From the NCBI RefSeq assembly GCF_963921235.1, contig NC_086124.1, positions 11,222,001 through 11,286,000 of the forward strand: a stretch of 64,000 nt of DNA, written 5' to 3'. Below, one piece after another: positions 13,950 through 27,867 of the stretch (position 1 is the stretch's first letter; each line of letters starts with the position of its first letter). The DNA comes from Mobula hypostoma (lineage: Eukaryota). Under the pieces are notes generated by a model, which did no database searches, was not told the DNA's origin, and worked only from the letters and a program-made list of their open reading frames with translations. Both the position numbers and the translations under genes were made by a program.

Positions 13950-14372
13950 GGGAAGAGTCTTCGTTTCGGGCTGAGACCCTTCATCAGGACTGGAAATTAA
14001 GTGGGAAGACGCCAGAATAAAAAGGTGGCGGAAGGGGAAGGAGGTCAAGTTAGAAAGTGGTAGGTGAAGGGTGCGGAAGGTCAAGGGCTGGAGAAGAAGA
14101 GATCTGACAGGAGAACAGAGTGGACAATAGGAGGGGGGGACTCGGGGAGGTGAAGGGCAGGTGAGAGGACGTAAAAGGTCAGAGTGGGGAATAGAAGAGG
14201 GATGGGGGACATTGTTTTACAGGAAGGAGAAATTGATATTCATGCCATCAGGTCAGAGGCTACCCAGACGGAATATAACGTGTTGCTCCGCCACTCGGAG
14301 GGTAGCCTCATCTTGGCACAAGACGAAGCCATGGACTGACACGTCGAAACGGGAACTGGAATTAAATCAGAA
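13950..14372 (-). mobile_element. Penelope-like element 3' fragment with hammerhead-like motif (13955-13993)
   Basis: Homologous to the 9752 and 19470 copies. Minus strand reads cagtcCTGATGAagggtctcagcccGAAAcgaagact (cleavage triplet altered). Confidence 0.75.
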
Positions 14373-16759
14373 TTAAGGCAGCTTTAAACTTACTGGGCAT
14401 TAATGCAATGATTGACCTCTACCTGGCTTGGCACCAAAATGCAATCACACGTCAGTATGTCTACTTTTTTAAAAGGTTTGGCATGTCTTTGAACACTAAC
14501 GAATGTCTTCAGACGTACTGTTGAACGTCTCTGCTTGGACAAATGCGTGAGAATGCAAGAAGTTGCTGAGTAGCGAACTTGGCCCTGTACATCACCTCTC
14601 CCCATCATTGGTAGTATCTTGGGGGATTTGGTAAGAAATAGATTATTAAACTGGTAAGAATGTTGCTCAGATTTACAGGGTTGCTGCCAGGACTCAAGAG
14701 CCTGAGTTATAGGGAGACATAGGGCAGGCTGGGACTGTACATGAGGCGTCCAGACATAAACAAAAAATCAGGAAGCACGCTTCTTTTTTCCTGAGGAAAT
14801 AGGAAACCAGAGGGTATAAGTCTAAGGTAAATGGTGCAAGTGCCCAGATTTCCAGCATCTGCAGATTTTCTTTTGTTTAAGAATTTAATGGGACCGGAGA
14901 GGCAACTTCTTCATACAAAGGGCTGTTGCATTTATGGAGTGAGTTGCTAAAGGAAGCGACTGAGGCAGATACGATAAATAACATTTAGATAAGTAGATTG
15001 ATAGGAGGCAGACGGAACTAGTTTAGTGGGCACTGTGGTTAGCACGGCCGAGTTGGGCCAAAGGACCTGTTTCCATCCTGTATTGCGTCCTGATGCTAAG
15101 GAGCAGTGCCTCAAAAAGGTAGCGTCCATCATTAGGGACCCCATCACCCAGGACATGCCCTCTTCTCATTGCTACCAACTGGAAGGAGATACAGAAGCCT
15201 GAAGGCACAAACTCAACGATTCAGGAACAGCTTCTTCCCCTCTGCCATCTGATTTCCGAATGGCCATTGAACCCATGAATACTACTTGACTAATTTTATT
15301 TCTATTTATCTTCTATTATAAGACAAAGGAGCAGAAGTCGGCCATTCAGCCCATCGAGTCTGCTCCGCCATTTTATCATGAGCTGATCCATTCTCCCATT
15401 TAGTCCCACTCCCCCGCCTTCTCACCATAACCTTTGATGCCCTGGCTACTCAGATACCTATCAATCTCTGCCTTAAATACACCCAATGACTTGGCCTCCA
15501 CTGCCGCCCGTGGCAGTATCGTATTGTACTGCTGCCACAAAGTTAACAAATTTCACCACATAGGCTGATGATATTAAACCTGATTCTGATATATAATCTG
15601 TTTCTTGGTGAAGTTGATTAGGTGATCGGGGATGTACAGTTAGGTTACTGCACTAGTAATCCAACTGCCAAGACCTAAGACCCAAGACCCAGAAGGACAA
15701 GTTCAAATCTCATCCATGTAAAAACCTATCCTATCAGTGACAAGGCAATGTACAGCCACTAATTACTGCAATAGTTCAATGAATATCAGAGAATGCATAC
15801 AGTATACAACCTGAAATTCTTACTCTTCACAGACATCAATGAAACACAGAAAAAAAATGACAGGAAAATATTAGAACCCGAAAGCCCTCCTCCCTTCTCC
15901 CATGCACAAGCACCAGCAAAAGCATCAACCCTCCCCTACTTACTCCAGTGAAAACATCAGCTGCCATGCAGAGAACTGCAGACCCCCCAGAGAAACCATG
16001 ATCTAGAGTCCATCAAAAGCTCCTCCTCAACCCAACACTTCGACATCCCACTGGCTCCCTCTCTGTCCTTAACGAGGGAGAGAGAGGTATCACTCCTGCC
16101 TCAACAATAAAGCCACTTGCTCCAACCAACTTGATCTTTTTGCTTTCTGAATTACTGTAACGGTTGTCTTTTCACTACAGATGAAACCAAAATATGAGGT
16201 TAAAGACAAGGAATCAATTACACCACCTTGCCTTTCCAATTATCCCTTGTCCTCACAGCCCACCTCACTCTAAAACCACAAGTCCTGATCGACAATGCCA
16301 GTGGAGATGAACTTGCTATCTCCCATAGCGTTACTTTTAGTGGGCGTTGCAGGAGATGGAATGTATCCTTCACAATGAGAAAGACCAAAAGGATGTGAAA
16401 ATTATTTTGGAAGAAATCATCTCAGACACAGCTGTTGTATGATTGGTCCCTAGGGAACTAGAACTATATGTGGCTATACCATCCACTAAATGTACTGTAG
16501 GAGCTATGCATCAATTCACCATCTGCATTGTATTATGTTGTGCGTTTATTATGTTTATTAAGGTAACTAGTCACATGAGTGGGGGCATGGTCAAAGTGAA
16601 GGGAATAAGTCACGTATTCAGGCTTTGTTTGTCACAGTTTGTCACTTGGGACTGGTGGATGTCATATCTTTTGCTGATCGCTCAATTACGCTTAGATTAC
16701 ACTTGGGTACAATTAAGCTTCATCACTTCAAGATTGTATGTTTGCTCATTGCTAATTAG

Positions 16760-16960
16760 CTGGCCGATGGTGTAGTGACATGCGCACCGGACTTCGAGGA
16801 GAGTGGACCCCAGTTCGAATCCGGCCGTCTGCTTGCACGCTTTCTATCCATGCTGGGTTGAGCGTTGAGCTAGCAACTTGGCCTCATAAAAAAAACAGGC
16901 AAATGCTGAAGAAGCGGCAAAGTTTGCTGCCCGATGCACCGCAGTGCGTGGAAATAAACA
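16760..16960 (+). mobile_element. tRNA-derived SINE (paralogous copy at about 52593-52790)
   Basis: A box tggtgtagtg and B box gttcgaatcc. Central block ctttctatccatgctgggttgagcg is shared with the 31.7 kb and 52.6 kb copies. Confidence 0.7.
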
Positions 16961-17260
16961 ATGAGTTGCTAATAAAGGATTCAACTTTTGGAGCAATCAT
17001 TGGAGCAGGGTGTGCGTCATGCAAGTATAACAGCTCCCTAGGGTAGCAGGCAGTGGCAATTGTTCTGATTTTTGTTTTGTTCTACACACACACAAAGGTA
17101 ACTGCATAGTGAAGCATTGCTTTCCTTAGGATATCAAAAGTGTCTGCGACAACTGATTCAGTTCCAGATTCATTTATTTACCCTATGTACATTCAAAAAG
17201 TGAAACCTGTTTGTGATAAATTTAACAGATATATTTAATTTAATGCAAATTATGATAATA

Positions 17261-18924
17261 TAGTGCCTATAAAAGGCTTTATAGGTCCTTTGGAAGTTTT
17301 CATGTTTTATTGTTTTACAACACTGAATCACAGTGGATTTAATTTGGCTTTTTTGATCAACAGAAAAGATTTTGTTTTCATGTCAAAGTGAAAACAAATT
17401 TCCACAAATTGGTCTAAATTTATTACAATTATAAAGCACAAAATAATTGCATAATTACTCACCCCTTTCAGGTCAGTATTTAGTAGATGTACCATTGGCA
17501 GTAATTCCTGCCTTTAGTCTGTGTGGATAATCTCTATCAGCACTGCACATCTGGACACTGTAATTATTTCCCAATCTTCTTTACAAAACTGCTCAAGCTC
17601 TGTCAGATTGCATGGGGATTGTGAGTGAACAGCCCTTTTCAAGTCCAGCCACAAATTCTCAATTGGATTGAGGTCTAGACTCTGACTTGGCCACTCCAAG
17701 ACATTGGCTTTGCCGTTTTTAAGCTATTTCTGTGGAGCTTTGGCTTTATAGAGAGAATTACAGCACAGAAACAGGCCCTTCAGCCCATCTAGTATGCTTG
17801 GGGTCATTGTCTTGCTACAAACAAATCTTTCCTAAGTCATAGTTCTCTTGCAGACTGAATCAGATTTTCCTCCAAGATTTCCCTGTATTTTGCTGCATTC
17901 ATTTTACCCTCTACCTTCACAAGCTTTCCAGGGCTGCTGCAGTGAAGCATCCTTGCAGTATGATGCAGCCACCACCATGCTTCACAGTAGGGATGGTGTG
18001 TCTTTGATGAAATGTGGTGTTTGGCTTATGCCAAACATACCATTTAGTCTGATGGCTAAAAAGCTCAATTTGGTTTCATCAGACCATAGAATCTTCTTCC
18101 TGCTGATTCCATATGCCTTCTGGAAAACTCTTGCCAAGAATTCATGTGAATGTTTTTCAACAGTGGCTTTCTTTTTGCCACTCTCCCATAAAGCTGGGAC
18201 TGGTGAAGCACCTGGGCAACAGTTATTAAATGCAGTCTCTCCCATCTCAGCCACTGAAGCTTGTAATTCCTCCAGCGTTTTCATATATCTCTTGGTGGCC
18301 TCCCTCACTAGTCCCCTTCTTGCATGCTCACTCAGTTTTTTTGAGGATAGCCTGCTCTAGGTAGATTTACAGCTGTGACATATTCTTTCCATTTCTTGAT
18401 GATTGACTTAACTGTATGCCAATGGACATTCAGAGACTTGGAAATGTTCTTGTATCTATCTCCTGACTTGTGTTTTTCAATAACCTTTTCATGGAGTTGC
18501 TTGAAGTGTTCTTTGTCTTCATGGTATAATTTTTGCTAGGATATTCACTCACCAGCAGTAGGACCTTCCAGATACAGATGTAGTATTTTACTACAGTCAG
18601 TTGAAATACCTTGACTGCACACAAGTGATCTCCATTTAACTAATAATGTGACTTTGAAAAGTAATTGGCTGCACCAGTGACAATTTGGTGTATCATGAAA
18701 GGGGGGTGAATACTTAAGCAATGAATTATTTTGTGTTTTATATTTGTAATTAATTTAGATCACTTTGTAGAGATCTGCTTTCACTTTGACATGAAAGTCT
18801 TCTTCTTCTTGATCAGTGTCAGAAAAAGCCAAATTAAATCCACTGTGATTCAATGTTGTAAAACAATAAAATATGAAAACTTCCAAGTGGCGGGGGGGGG
18901 GATGAATACTTTTTATAGGCACTG
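17261..18924 (-). mobile_element. Full-span Tc1-like transposon (long IR/DR-type TIRs), decayed transposase
   Basis: TA-flanked termini (tagtgcctataaaa...ttttataggcactg), about 200-bp inverted repeats, peptides KILWSDETK and EWPSQSLDLNPIENLW. Small CR1-tail insertion at about 17750-17792. Confidence 0.9.
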
Positions 18925-19104
18925 TATAAGATCATTAACCTCAGTGTCTGCATTGTTGGTGTAGGGTTGAGAAAGAAATGTTGAAAAAGACAAATGCAAG
19001 GCATAAACATAGGAGATTCTGCCGATGCTGGAACAACAAGGCAATTCATAAAAGTCTTTTACAGTCATCTGAAAGTATTTTTTTTAAAATAGTGTACTAG
19101 TATT

Positions 19105-19415
19105 TGGTTGGTGGTGTGGAGATACATCTCTACCAAAGGAGGTGTAAGGGGCTCATTCCCTCCGCTAGCCTGCAGGTCACTCTTGGGCAAGGCTTAGCAC
19201 CTACTTAGCACCCCCCCCAAACCCGATCAGGGTCATGCGAAGCCATGAGAGCAGGTGGTTGGTGGTTGTATGAGCAGCTGGTTCATATCACAAACCCTGT
19301 TTATGCGACCACTGACGTCAGGCTGACAATCTCTGAAGAGTATTGATAATGGCTGGGGTCACCCGCCTTGTATAGACACTGCCCAGAAGAAGACAATGGC
19401 AAAACACTTCTGTTT
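19105..19415 (+). mobile_element. Non-autonomous RTE-tailed element, family A. Other copies: about 36368-36695 +, 37185-37520 -, 39900-40272 -, 46572-46640 and 47369-47670 +, 49560-49900 +, 61120-61480 -
   Basis: About 350-bp repeat seen seven times. The 3' block gaaggcaatggcaaaccacttctgta resembles the RTE/BovB tail (ggaaatggcaacccactccagta). Confidence 0.65.
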
Positions 19416-19469
19416 TGCAAGCAGAATAATAGGTAAGTATTATTACTAACAAGATAATTTCACACCACA

Positions 19470-20260
19470 AGAACACACTCAAATACAGGAGGATCTCAAG
19501 TCAGGCGGCATCTATAGAAATGAATAAACAGTCGACATTTTGGGCAGTGACCCTTCATCAGGACTGGAAAGGAAGGAGGAAGATGCCAGAATAAAAAAAA
19601 AGGCGTGGGGGGGGGGAAATGGAGGATAAACTAGAAGGTGATAGGTAAAGCCAGGTGGGTGGGAAAGGCAAAGCGCTGGAGAAGAAGGAATCTGACAGGA
19701 GAGGAGAGTGGACCAGAGGAGAAAGGGGAAAAGGAGGAGGGGGACACCAGGGTGAGGTAACAGGCAGGTGAGGAGAAGGGTTAAGAAGCCAGCGTGGGCA
19801 ATTGAAGAAAAGGGAAGGAGGAGGGTTAAAAAAAAGAGAAAAAAATACCATAAGAAGAAATAGATACTCATGCCATCAGGTTGGAGGCTACCTAGACGGA
19901 ATATGATGTGTTGCTCCTCGACCCTGAAAGTGGCATCATCTTGGCACAAGAGGAGGCCAGAGACCGACATGTCGGAATGGGAATTGGGAATAAGAATTAA
20001 AATGGTTGACAATGAGGTAGTTGTGCTTTTGATGGATGGAGTGGAGGTGCCCGACGAAGCAGTCCCCCAATGTATGTCAGGGCTCACCAATGTAGAGGAG
20101 GCCACATTGGGAGCACTGGATAGATGACCCCACAGATGCCCTACTTGGAAAGACTGTTTGGGCCCTGAATGGAGGTGAGGGAGAAAGTGAATGGGCAGGC
20201 GTAGCATTTATCTCACTTGCAGGGATACGTACCATAAGGGAGATTAGTGGGACTGGACAC
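19470..20260 (-). mobile_element. Penelope-like element: GIY-YIG endonuclease remnant plus 3' terminal region
   Basis: Peptides GPKQSFQV, CSQCGLLYIGE (YIG motif) and SHSDMSVSGLLLCQDDATFRVEEQHIIFRLGSLQPDGM. Hammerhead remnant at 19528-19567. Confidence 0.85.
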
Positions 20261-22148
20261 CACAATCCAGTTCTTTGATTTGGTAGACATTAATTGGGTC
20301 AAGGGGATTTTTATCTGAGGCCCAAATAAATAAGGTATTTTCAGTGTCAAGGAGAAGGTAATTTATTTTTTTAAATGACACCCAAATGTTTGGATAAGAC
20401 ACACTGTCCCCAGGTCAAGACAATGTTCTGTTTCTGTAGACATCCACACATTAATTTTGTCTATAAAACAGGAAAGTCATAAAAATTACTCTATACAGTA
20501 ACCACACCTCTGCAGTATGTAATGAATATTATTGATGAGGGCCAATAAATGTGAGCATTTATTTATTGTCTTCCTCAGCCTGGTTACAATGGTACAGAAT
20601 CAGGCTGTGCCACACTCAAGGGCTGATTTTGATACCTGTGGAAGTCACACTGTTTAATAGAGTGTTGTTACACCAATATCAATAGAAGCAATTGTCAATT
20701 TCCAAAATCCATCATGGGCACTTGACTCCATAGTATCCAGGACATCTTCAAGGAGTGATGCCTCTAAGAGGTGGCATCCATCATTAAGAACCCCATCACC
20801 CAGGACACATCCTTTGCTCATTGCTACCATCAGGGAAGAGGTACAGGAGCCTGAATGCACACACTCAGTGACTCAGGAACAGCTTCTTTTCCTCTGTCAT
20901 CAGATCTCTGAATGGACACTGAACCCATGAACACTACCTCACTACTTTTTTATTTCCATTTTTGCACTACTATTTAATTCAACCATTTTATTTACACACC
21001 CATATAAAACAGAACATTATAAATATATACATATACAAATACTGTGATTCACAATTCTATTATGTATTGCACTGTACTGTTGCTGCAAAAACACATTTCA
21101 TGACATATGCCAGTGATATTAAACCTGATTCTAATTCTAAAATGACTATGTAAGTAGCCTCCTATGATGATACTGACAATCTACATTCCTAAGAGACAAT
21201 GGCGTCTGATTACTCAAAGTTGAAAGTAGAACTATTATCAAAGCACATGCACGTCACCATAAGCAACCCTGAGATCCATTTTCTTGTGGGCATACTCAAT
21301 GAATCCAGAATAGAATAATAACCGTAATAGAATCAATGAAAGCCTTCACCAACTTGGACATTCAACCGGAGTGCGGAAGACAATAAACTGTACAAATACA
21401 GAAAGAAATAAAGAAATAATCAATAAATAAACAAACAAGCAAGCAATAGGGAAGGAAATGGCAGGAAAGTTGCATGTAAATGGTTTCTTCCCCCATCAAG
21501 ACTGGTTCTTGTTTGAATTTACTAATATTTATGGGGGCTTGTTCATATGTGCACGTGTAGATGAGGTGGGTATTTGTAGCCTATGAAATGACAGGATACA
21601 CAGGCAGTGGAAACCAGGACTGCACATTGGCCTGCCTTCCCTTGGGTAAATGATCCCAAGTTATGTCATGCATAATGCTATTATAGAGTTAATTACATCT
21701 TAAGTGTGGTGGTGTTTTAATCTGCATGATTCACCCATCTCAAATATACAGTATACAAGCATATTTACCTGTACCACTCCCATTGTGTAGACAGACTAGT
21801 CAACTATCTGCTCAATTCCCAAAGATTGTTACTGAATTCATGTTGATATTTTATCACCGACCTCAGCTGATGTTGCTGTAACATCTCCTCTGGTATTATT
21901 ATAAGTGCTCATAACAATTCTCGCTTGGGTATCTACACTTAGAATATTCACAAAAGGTAACTTGATAACCTGTGTGTGGGAGGGAGAAAAAGGTGCTTGT
22001 TTTTGCTGTTGTTTGTTGCATTCTGTGTGGTTCTGCCAAGCATCGTGGGTATGCCATGTTGGCAGAGGAACGTGTGACGATGCTTGCAGGGTTCCCCCAG
22101 CAGGGTGTTGGTTGTGAATGTAAAGAGTCTGAATCCGATGTGTCCCCT

Positions 22149-24605
22149 AAGAGGACCCCAACCTCGATGTGGTTTGGAGGCTTGCATGCCTCAGTTACCC
22201 AGAGAGCTATGCTGGCTGGAGTCAGGGCTTTATGCTTTGGCTCTTGGTAGGGTCACCCATGCCAAACAGGTCAAAGGGTAGAGGACAGGTTAAGAGTGGT
22301 TTACTGACCCTCCAGTTTCAGGGGTTCAGCTCAGGGCTGACAACCCTGAATGGTAAAACAAAACTGTTACGGAAACACCAATGTAGAATCCTTCTAAACA
22401 AAAAATAAGGAAAGGGAAGATAAGAGTATGAAAGTAAATTAGCAGAAAATATAAAAACAGATAGCAAAAGTTTTTATAAATATATAAAGTGGAAAAGGGT
22501 GGCTAAAGTCAACGTAGGTCCCTTGGAAGACGATAAGGGGAAATTGACATTGGGTGATAAGGAAATGGCTGAGGCATTGAACGACTATTTTGTGTCGGTC
22601 TTCACGGTGGAGGACACATCTAATATGCCAAAGAATGATGTTATGGATGAAATGGGAGGTGAGGACCTCGATAAGATCACTGTCACTAAAGAGATAGTGA
22701 TGAGCAAACTAGAGGGCCTGAAGGTAGATATGTCCCCTGGTCCTGATGGGATGCATCCCAGGGTGCTGAAGGAATTGGTGCAGGTTATAGTAGATGCATC
22801 GGTAATCATTTATCGAAACTCTCTAGACTCTGGGCAGGTCCCAGCAGATTGGAAGACAGCAAATGTCACTCCGCTTTTTGAAAAAGGATGTAGGCAGAAG
22901 ACGAGCAACTATAGGCCAGTTAGCTTAACATCTGTAGTCGGGAAAATACTTGAAGCTGTCATTAAGGAAGAAATAGCGAAACATTTAGAAAGGAGTAGTT
23001 CCATTAGACAAACACAGCATGCATTCAGAAAGGGCAAGTCCTGTTTGACAAACTTACTGGAGTTCTTTGAGGACATAATGAATGCAGTGGATAGAGGGGA
23101 ACAGGTGGATGTCGTATACTTGGATTTCCAGAAGGCGTTCGATAAGGTGCCGCACAAGAGACTTATAAATAAGATACGGATGCATGGAGTCGGAGGAAGT
23201 GGATTGGTTAACCGATAGAAGGCAGAGAGTTGGTATAAATGGGTGTTTCTCCAGTTGGCAGTCTGTGGTGAGTGGGGTGCCGCAGGGGTCAGTGCTGGGC
23301 CTGCAGTTGTTTACATTTACATTGATGATTTGGAAAAGGGGACTGAGTGTAGCGTAGCAAAATTTGCTGATGACTCTAAACTGAGTGGAAAAGCAAATTG
23401 TACAGAAGATGTGGGGAGTCTGTAGAGGGATATAGATAGGTTAAGTGAGTGGGCCGAGGTCTGCCAGATGGAATACAACGTTGGTAAATGTGAGATTATC
23501 CACTTTGGAAGGAATAATAAAAGAGCAGATTATTAGTTAAATGGTGAAAGATTTCAGCATGCTGTTGTGGGAGTTGGGACTGCTTGTGCATGAATCACAA
23601 AAAGTTGGCTGGCAGGAACAACAAGTTATTAAGAAGGCAGACGGAATGTTGGCCTTCATTGCTAGAGGGATTGAATTCAAGAGCAGGGAGGTCATGCTGC
23701 AACTATACAGGGTACTGGTGAGGCCGCACCTGGAGTACTGTGTGCAGTTCTGGTCTCCATACTTCAGGAAGGATATACTGGCTTTGGAGGCAGTGCAGAG
23801 GAGGTTCACCAGGTTGATTCCAGGGATGAAGGGCTTAACCTGTGAGGAGAGATTGAGTCGCCTGGGACTATACTTTAAATACCATAATTTAATTTATAAT
23901 TTAAATTTTTAATATTTACTACTGATTTGTAGTCCAGGGAGTGCAAAGCTTAGAATCAAATTATCTCTGTGATGATTGTACGCTCTAGTATCTATTGTTT
24001 GGCGACAATAAAGTGTTCTCTGGAGTTCAGAAGAATGAGAGGGGATCTTATAGAAATGTACAAAATAGATAGATAGAGATAGATAAGATAGAAGTAGGAA
24101 AGTTGTTTCCATTGGTAGGTGAGACTAGAACTAGAGGACATTGCTTCAAGATTCAGGGGAGAAGATTTAGGACAGAGATGAGGAGAAACTGTTTTTCCCA
24201 GAGAGTGGTGAATCTGTGGAATTCTCTGCCCAGGGAAGCAGTTGAGGCTTCTTCACTAAATATATTTAAGAAACAGTTAGATAGGTTTTTACATAGTAAG
24301 GTAATTAAGGGTTATGGGGAAAGGCAGGGAGATGGAGCTGAGTTTACGGACAGATCAGCCATGATCTTATTGAACGGTGGGGCAGGCTTGATGGGCCGGA
24401 TGGCCTACACCTGCTCCTATTTCTTAGGTTCTACATCTGAGTGCGACGGGTATTCCTGAGTCTCCACCTGGGACTTGAATGACTGGTAGTAGTGAAAACC
24501 GAGAGAAAGCTATTGACAGGTTGAAGGAAGCCCTGAACACCGCCAGAGATGGAGGACCTTCATTGCTGCCCTATCTGGCAGTGGTGTAACTTGTGGTAAG
24601 TAAAT
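22149..24605 (+). mobile_element. Non-autonomous internally deleted RTE (Rex3/Expander-like 5' UTR), family B, split by a CR1
   Basis: 5' part 22149-22396 and 3' part 24429-24605 join to match the intact copy at 60388-60785. Confidence 0.75.
22397..24433 (+). mobile_element. CR1 LINE, 5'-truncated ORF2 (RT) with frameshifts
   Basis: SPGPDGMHPRVLKE, NYRPVSLTS, YLDFQKAFDKVPH, KFADD. A Rex-type tail is inserted at about 23872-24015. ttcta is duplicated at both ends. Confidence 0.92.
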
Positions 24606-24787
24606 AAGCGAATCCAATGTGTGCTTTATAATTGGTTTGCTACCCCTTCTAGTTAATTAAAGAGCAACATTTGGAAAAAATGCAGACAATTTAAATTTTT
24701 TCACTATAATTCATCATTTATAATCACTCTATTACAGGATTTAACATCACTGGGGAAGCAGGCACTAACATTTTTAAATATAACCTT

Positions 24788-25015
24788 CTTAAGCCTCTCA
24801 CCCCTACTGGGGCATAGACCTCTGACAGTAGCTCACCAGAGTCCTCAACCTGGGCCATTCTTTCATGTTGTTTCCAGGTTTATCCCATCTTCTTGAAATA
24901 TCCTTCCTCTCCCTGGAAGCTTCAATTGGTGTTTCTGTAGTGCTTGTTTTTGACAGAATAGGGGTTAGTAGCCCAACCCTCCTCCTTTCACAGCCGGCCT
25001 CAGGTCTGTCCATGC
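24788..25015 (-). mobile_element. Short RTE-derived non-autonomous element
   Basis: gggttgggctactaacccc 5'-UTR-like motif joined to a 3' end ggtctatgccccagtaggggtgagaggcttaag. Confidence 0.4.
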
Positions 25016-25289
25016 CGGAGTTAAATATAACTTTAAGGAATCAAAGATGCACAGTCGGCACGTCAAATGAAATGGAAGTCCTGAATTCCTTTTTATCTTC
25101 TCAGGATGATGAGAATGTGAACAAAAAGTGGGAGGGAAAAGTGATATTCATGCTCGTGGATGTGTACAATTGCAAGCCATGGTGAGAGAGGAGACATGAG
25201 AGACTCAGGAGATATTTCCTAGAGCAAGCATCAGCACAATGTGCTGAATCGTCTCCTTCCATACTGTGTAATTCTATTAATTCTTTAAC

Positions 25290-25590
25290 AATACTTGCTG
25301 CCCGTTACTCCACTGGCGTTTCAGGCAGCAATGAAGACTTTCCTCATTGCTGTTTTTTTAACGATATTTTGATTTTGACCAGTCAGGGTTGATAGCCCTG
25401 AACTGAACCCCCGAACCTAGAGGACCAGAGGACAACTCTTAGTCTGGCCTCTACCCTTTGACCTGTTCGGCATGGGTGACCCCTACCAAGAGCCAAAGCA
25501 TAAAGCCCTGACTCCAGCCAGTGTAACTCTCTGGGTCACTGAGGCACACAAACTTCCAAACCCAACAACAAGGTTGTAGTCCTCTTGGAG
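25290..25590 (-). mobile_element. Family B RTE-derived element
   Basis: Reverse complement of the 22149 and 60388 copies. Confidence 0.75.
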
Positions 25591-25834
25591 ATTTTCTGTA
25601 ACAGCAAAAAGACAAAATAGGAAATGTAATTAACAAAACGATAACAAAATAATGATAAATTTCAAGAAGACCATAATAAGATGGGATCTGAGATTTAATA
25701 GACTTTAATAAATTTAATTAAATTTATTCCTAATAGATGTGTGGTGAAACATTGCAGTCAGAGAAAACTGAAAAAATTAGCATTAACGAACTGCAATTGG
25801 CATCTTAGTGTGGTGTTTAATTAATTAATTCTGG

Positions 25835-26058
25835 CCATTTAAACCACACTGCCCAGCAATCCCCCAATTTAATCCTAGTTGAAGCATGGGACAATTTACA
25901 ATGACTAATTAACCTACCAACTGCTACATCTTTGGACTGTGGGAGGAAACCAACATGGTCACAGAAGAACGTACAAGCTCCTACAGGCAGAGGCGGGAAT
26001 TGAATCCTGGTTGCCTGTACTGTAAATCATTGTGCTAACCACTCTGCTACTGTGTCAC
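25835..26058 (-). mobile_element. V-SINE (HE1-like)
   Basis: Reverse complement of the 36870 copy (ggtttcctcccacagtccaaag V-domain). Confidence 0.7.
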
Positions 26059-27628
26059 CATTTCTTTTTGTTTATATATCACTACTCTAATGTTCTGCGA
26101 CAGTTGCTACTTATACTATCATTGAGGGGGTGAATGATCTTTTCATTTAATTCTGCCTTTGCCCAACAACCACTCCCAAACACTACTTTATAATTAAAGA
26201 TAAAAAGCAGTCACCTTTTGTTATTTCTCTCCTTTATCCACGGGTAGTGGGGCCAATTATAACGCTAAATTACACTCTCAGAACAACTGCCTCAGCACAG
26301 GCCAAGAACTGAACCTGGGAACTTTCCTTATCTACATGTTCAGTAGCATATCTGCAGTATTTTACAAACTATCTCAACAAACTGGTATTTGCTTACACTA
26401 TTGATTCTTTTATTTTTGTAAACAGCATTTTCTCCATCAGAATTTCTCCCAAGTCTCCACACAGCCTCGGAGAATTTCAGTAATTGACACTACTCCCCGA
26501 AGAGCAGAAACTGCAGATTGCATTTATTGTGTGAACAGTGGTACTATTTTACCTCCAGTATAGAATCAAATTTTCAGCTTGAACTAACGAATGAACATTT
26601 TTTATGCCCAATGGAATAATTTAAGCAGTGATTTGTTGGATAACATTAAATGCTTCCTGGTTTAATTTAATCATTGGAGAATATCTTCTACCTCTATCTT
26701 TCAAAATACACTCTCAGAAAAATTACCACTCTATTTACACCAGCTTAAAGACTGTAGTGCTATATGCATTGTGTTAATCCAACTATTTTAATTTTAATTC
26801 CATTATAATTTACTCCACTTTAAATCATTCCTGAATTTGTGAATTTATTTTTCACAAAGTATGTGGGGGAGCTAAAGATGGCACCAAAGGGCAACTTCTC
26901 TCAGCTCATCAGTGAAACAATTAAATTCTTCTTTTTCTAATGTCTCTATTTTCCTTTACAAGGCGGCTAGGGTCTTGTCAGAGTCTGTGATCTACAGTAA
27001 ACGTCAAACTGTAGTTCTGCATGGCAGCGTGTTCCTGTTCTTGGAGCTCGCCGATCGGCTGCATTTTTGATATGTCCAGGTGCAGCCTGGGGTCAGGCAC
27101 CTTCAGGCTGGGGGATTGTACAGCCCTGTGGACACGAATTCCTGCAGATGTTACAAACTGAAGTGTAGCAGAAATCGCAACATCGAGACAGCCAGAGTGG
27201 TATTGGAGGCCTCTGCGCTCTATATCTCTATTCTTGAGTTGGAAAACTTGAAATAAAATGCGATGCTTCAGACTGTGACTGTAACATCAAAACAGCAGCT
27301 GTTTGTCTTCCCTCTCACTGTGGAAGGAGTGATATCTGTTTCCCCCTTGATAGGAAGAAAGAGAGCCTGAGAGATGTCAAATTGTTGGAAGGAACAGTTA
27401 GTTTTTGATGTACTATAAACCATGTACTGTAGTCTCTCTTCAGGGGCTTTGCTGTTACTTGCATGGGAGGTGGTGGGAATACTGATGATTTCTGCCAGAA
27501 TAAGAAGGGGGAGGGTTGATGCTTTGCTGCTGCTTGTGCATGGGAGGAGGAAGGGGCTTTGAAGTTCTTACGTTTTTTTTTCCTGTCATTCATTCTTTGG
27601 GGTTTTTCTTCTGCCAGTGAATTTCAGG

Positions 27629-27867
27629 GGAGCGGGGAGGGGGAGGGAACGTCGACTCAGACCATGAGAGGCCTGTGTTGGGCATTTTCATGCCTTACAA
27701 GGCGCAGATTGGACGTCTGTGTGGGGCGCCACTCCTCGCACAGACTAGAGCAATGTGTGATTAAGTACCTTGCTCAAGGGCACAAACCCGCTGCCACAGC
27801 TAAGGCTCAAACTGGCAACCTTGAGGTAACTAGACGAACGCCTTAACCACTTGGCCACGTGCCCAAT
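27629..27867 (-). mobile_element. tRNA-head CORE-type SINE with TSD atttcagg
   Basis: Head gggcacgtggccaagtggttaaggcg, CORE-like gtgcccttgagcaaggtacttaa, TSD at 27621-27628 and 27868-27875. Confidence 0.75.

Noticed and set aside
16760-16830. tRNA genes (also at 27790-27864, 31900-31965, 36870-36935, 60130-60207)
   Set aside because: They have A/B boxes but no complete cloverleaf, and they continue into SINE bodies with tails or TSDs.
22149-22396. Canonical HDV-like or twister ribozyme in the family B 5' UTR
   Set aside because: Several hairpins are evident, but I could not thread the required nested pseudoknot and catalytic residues by eye.
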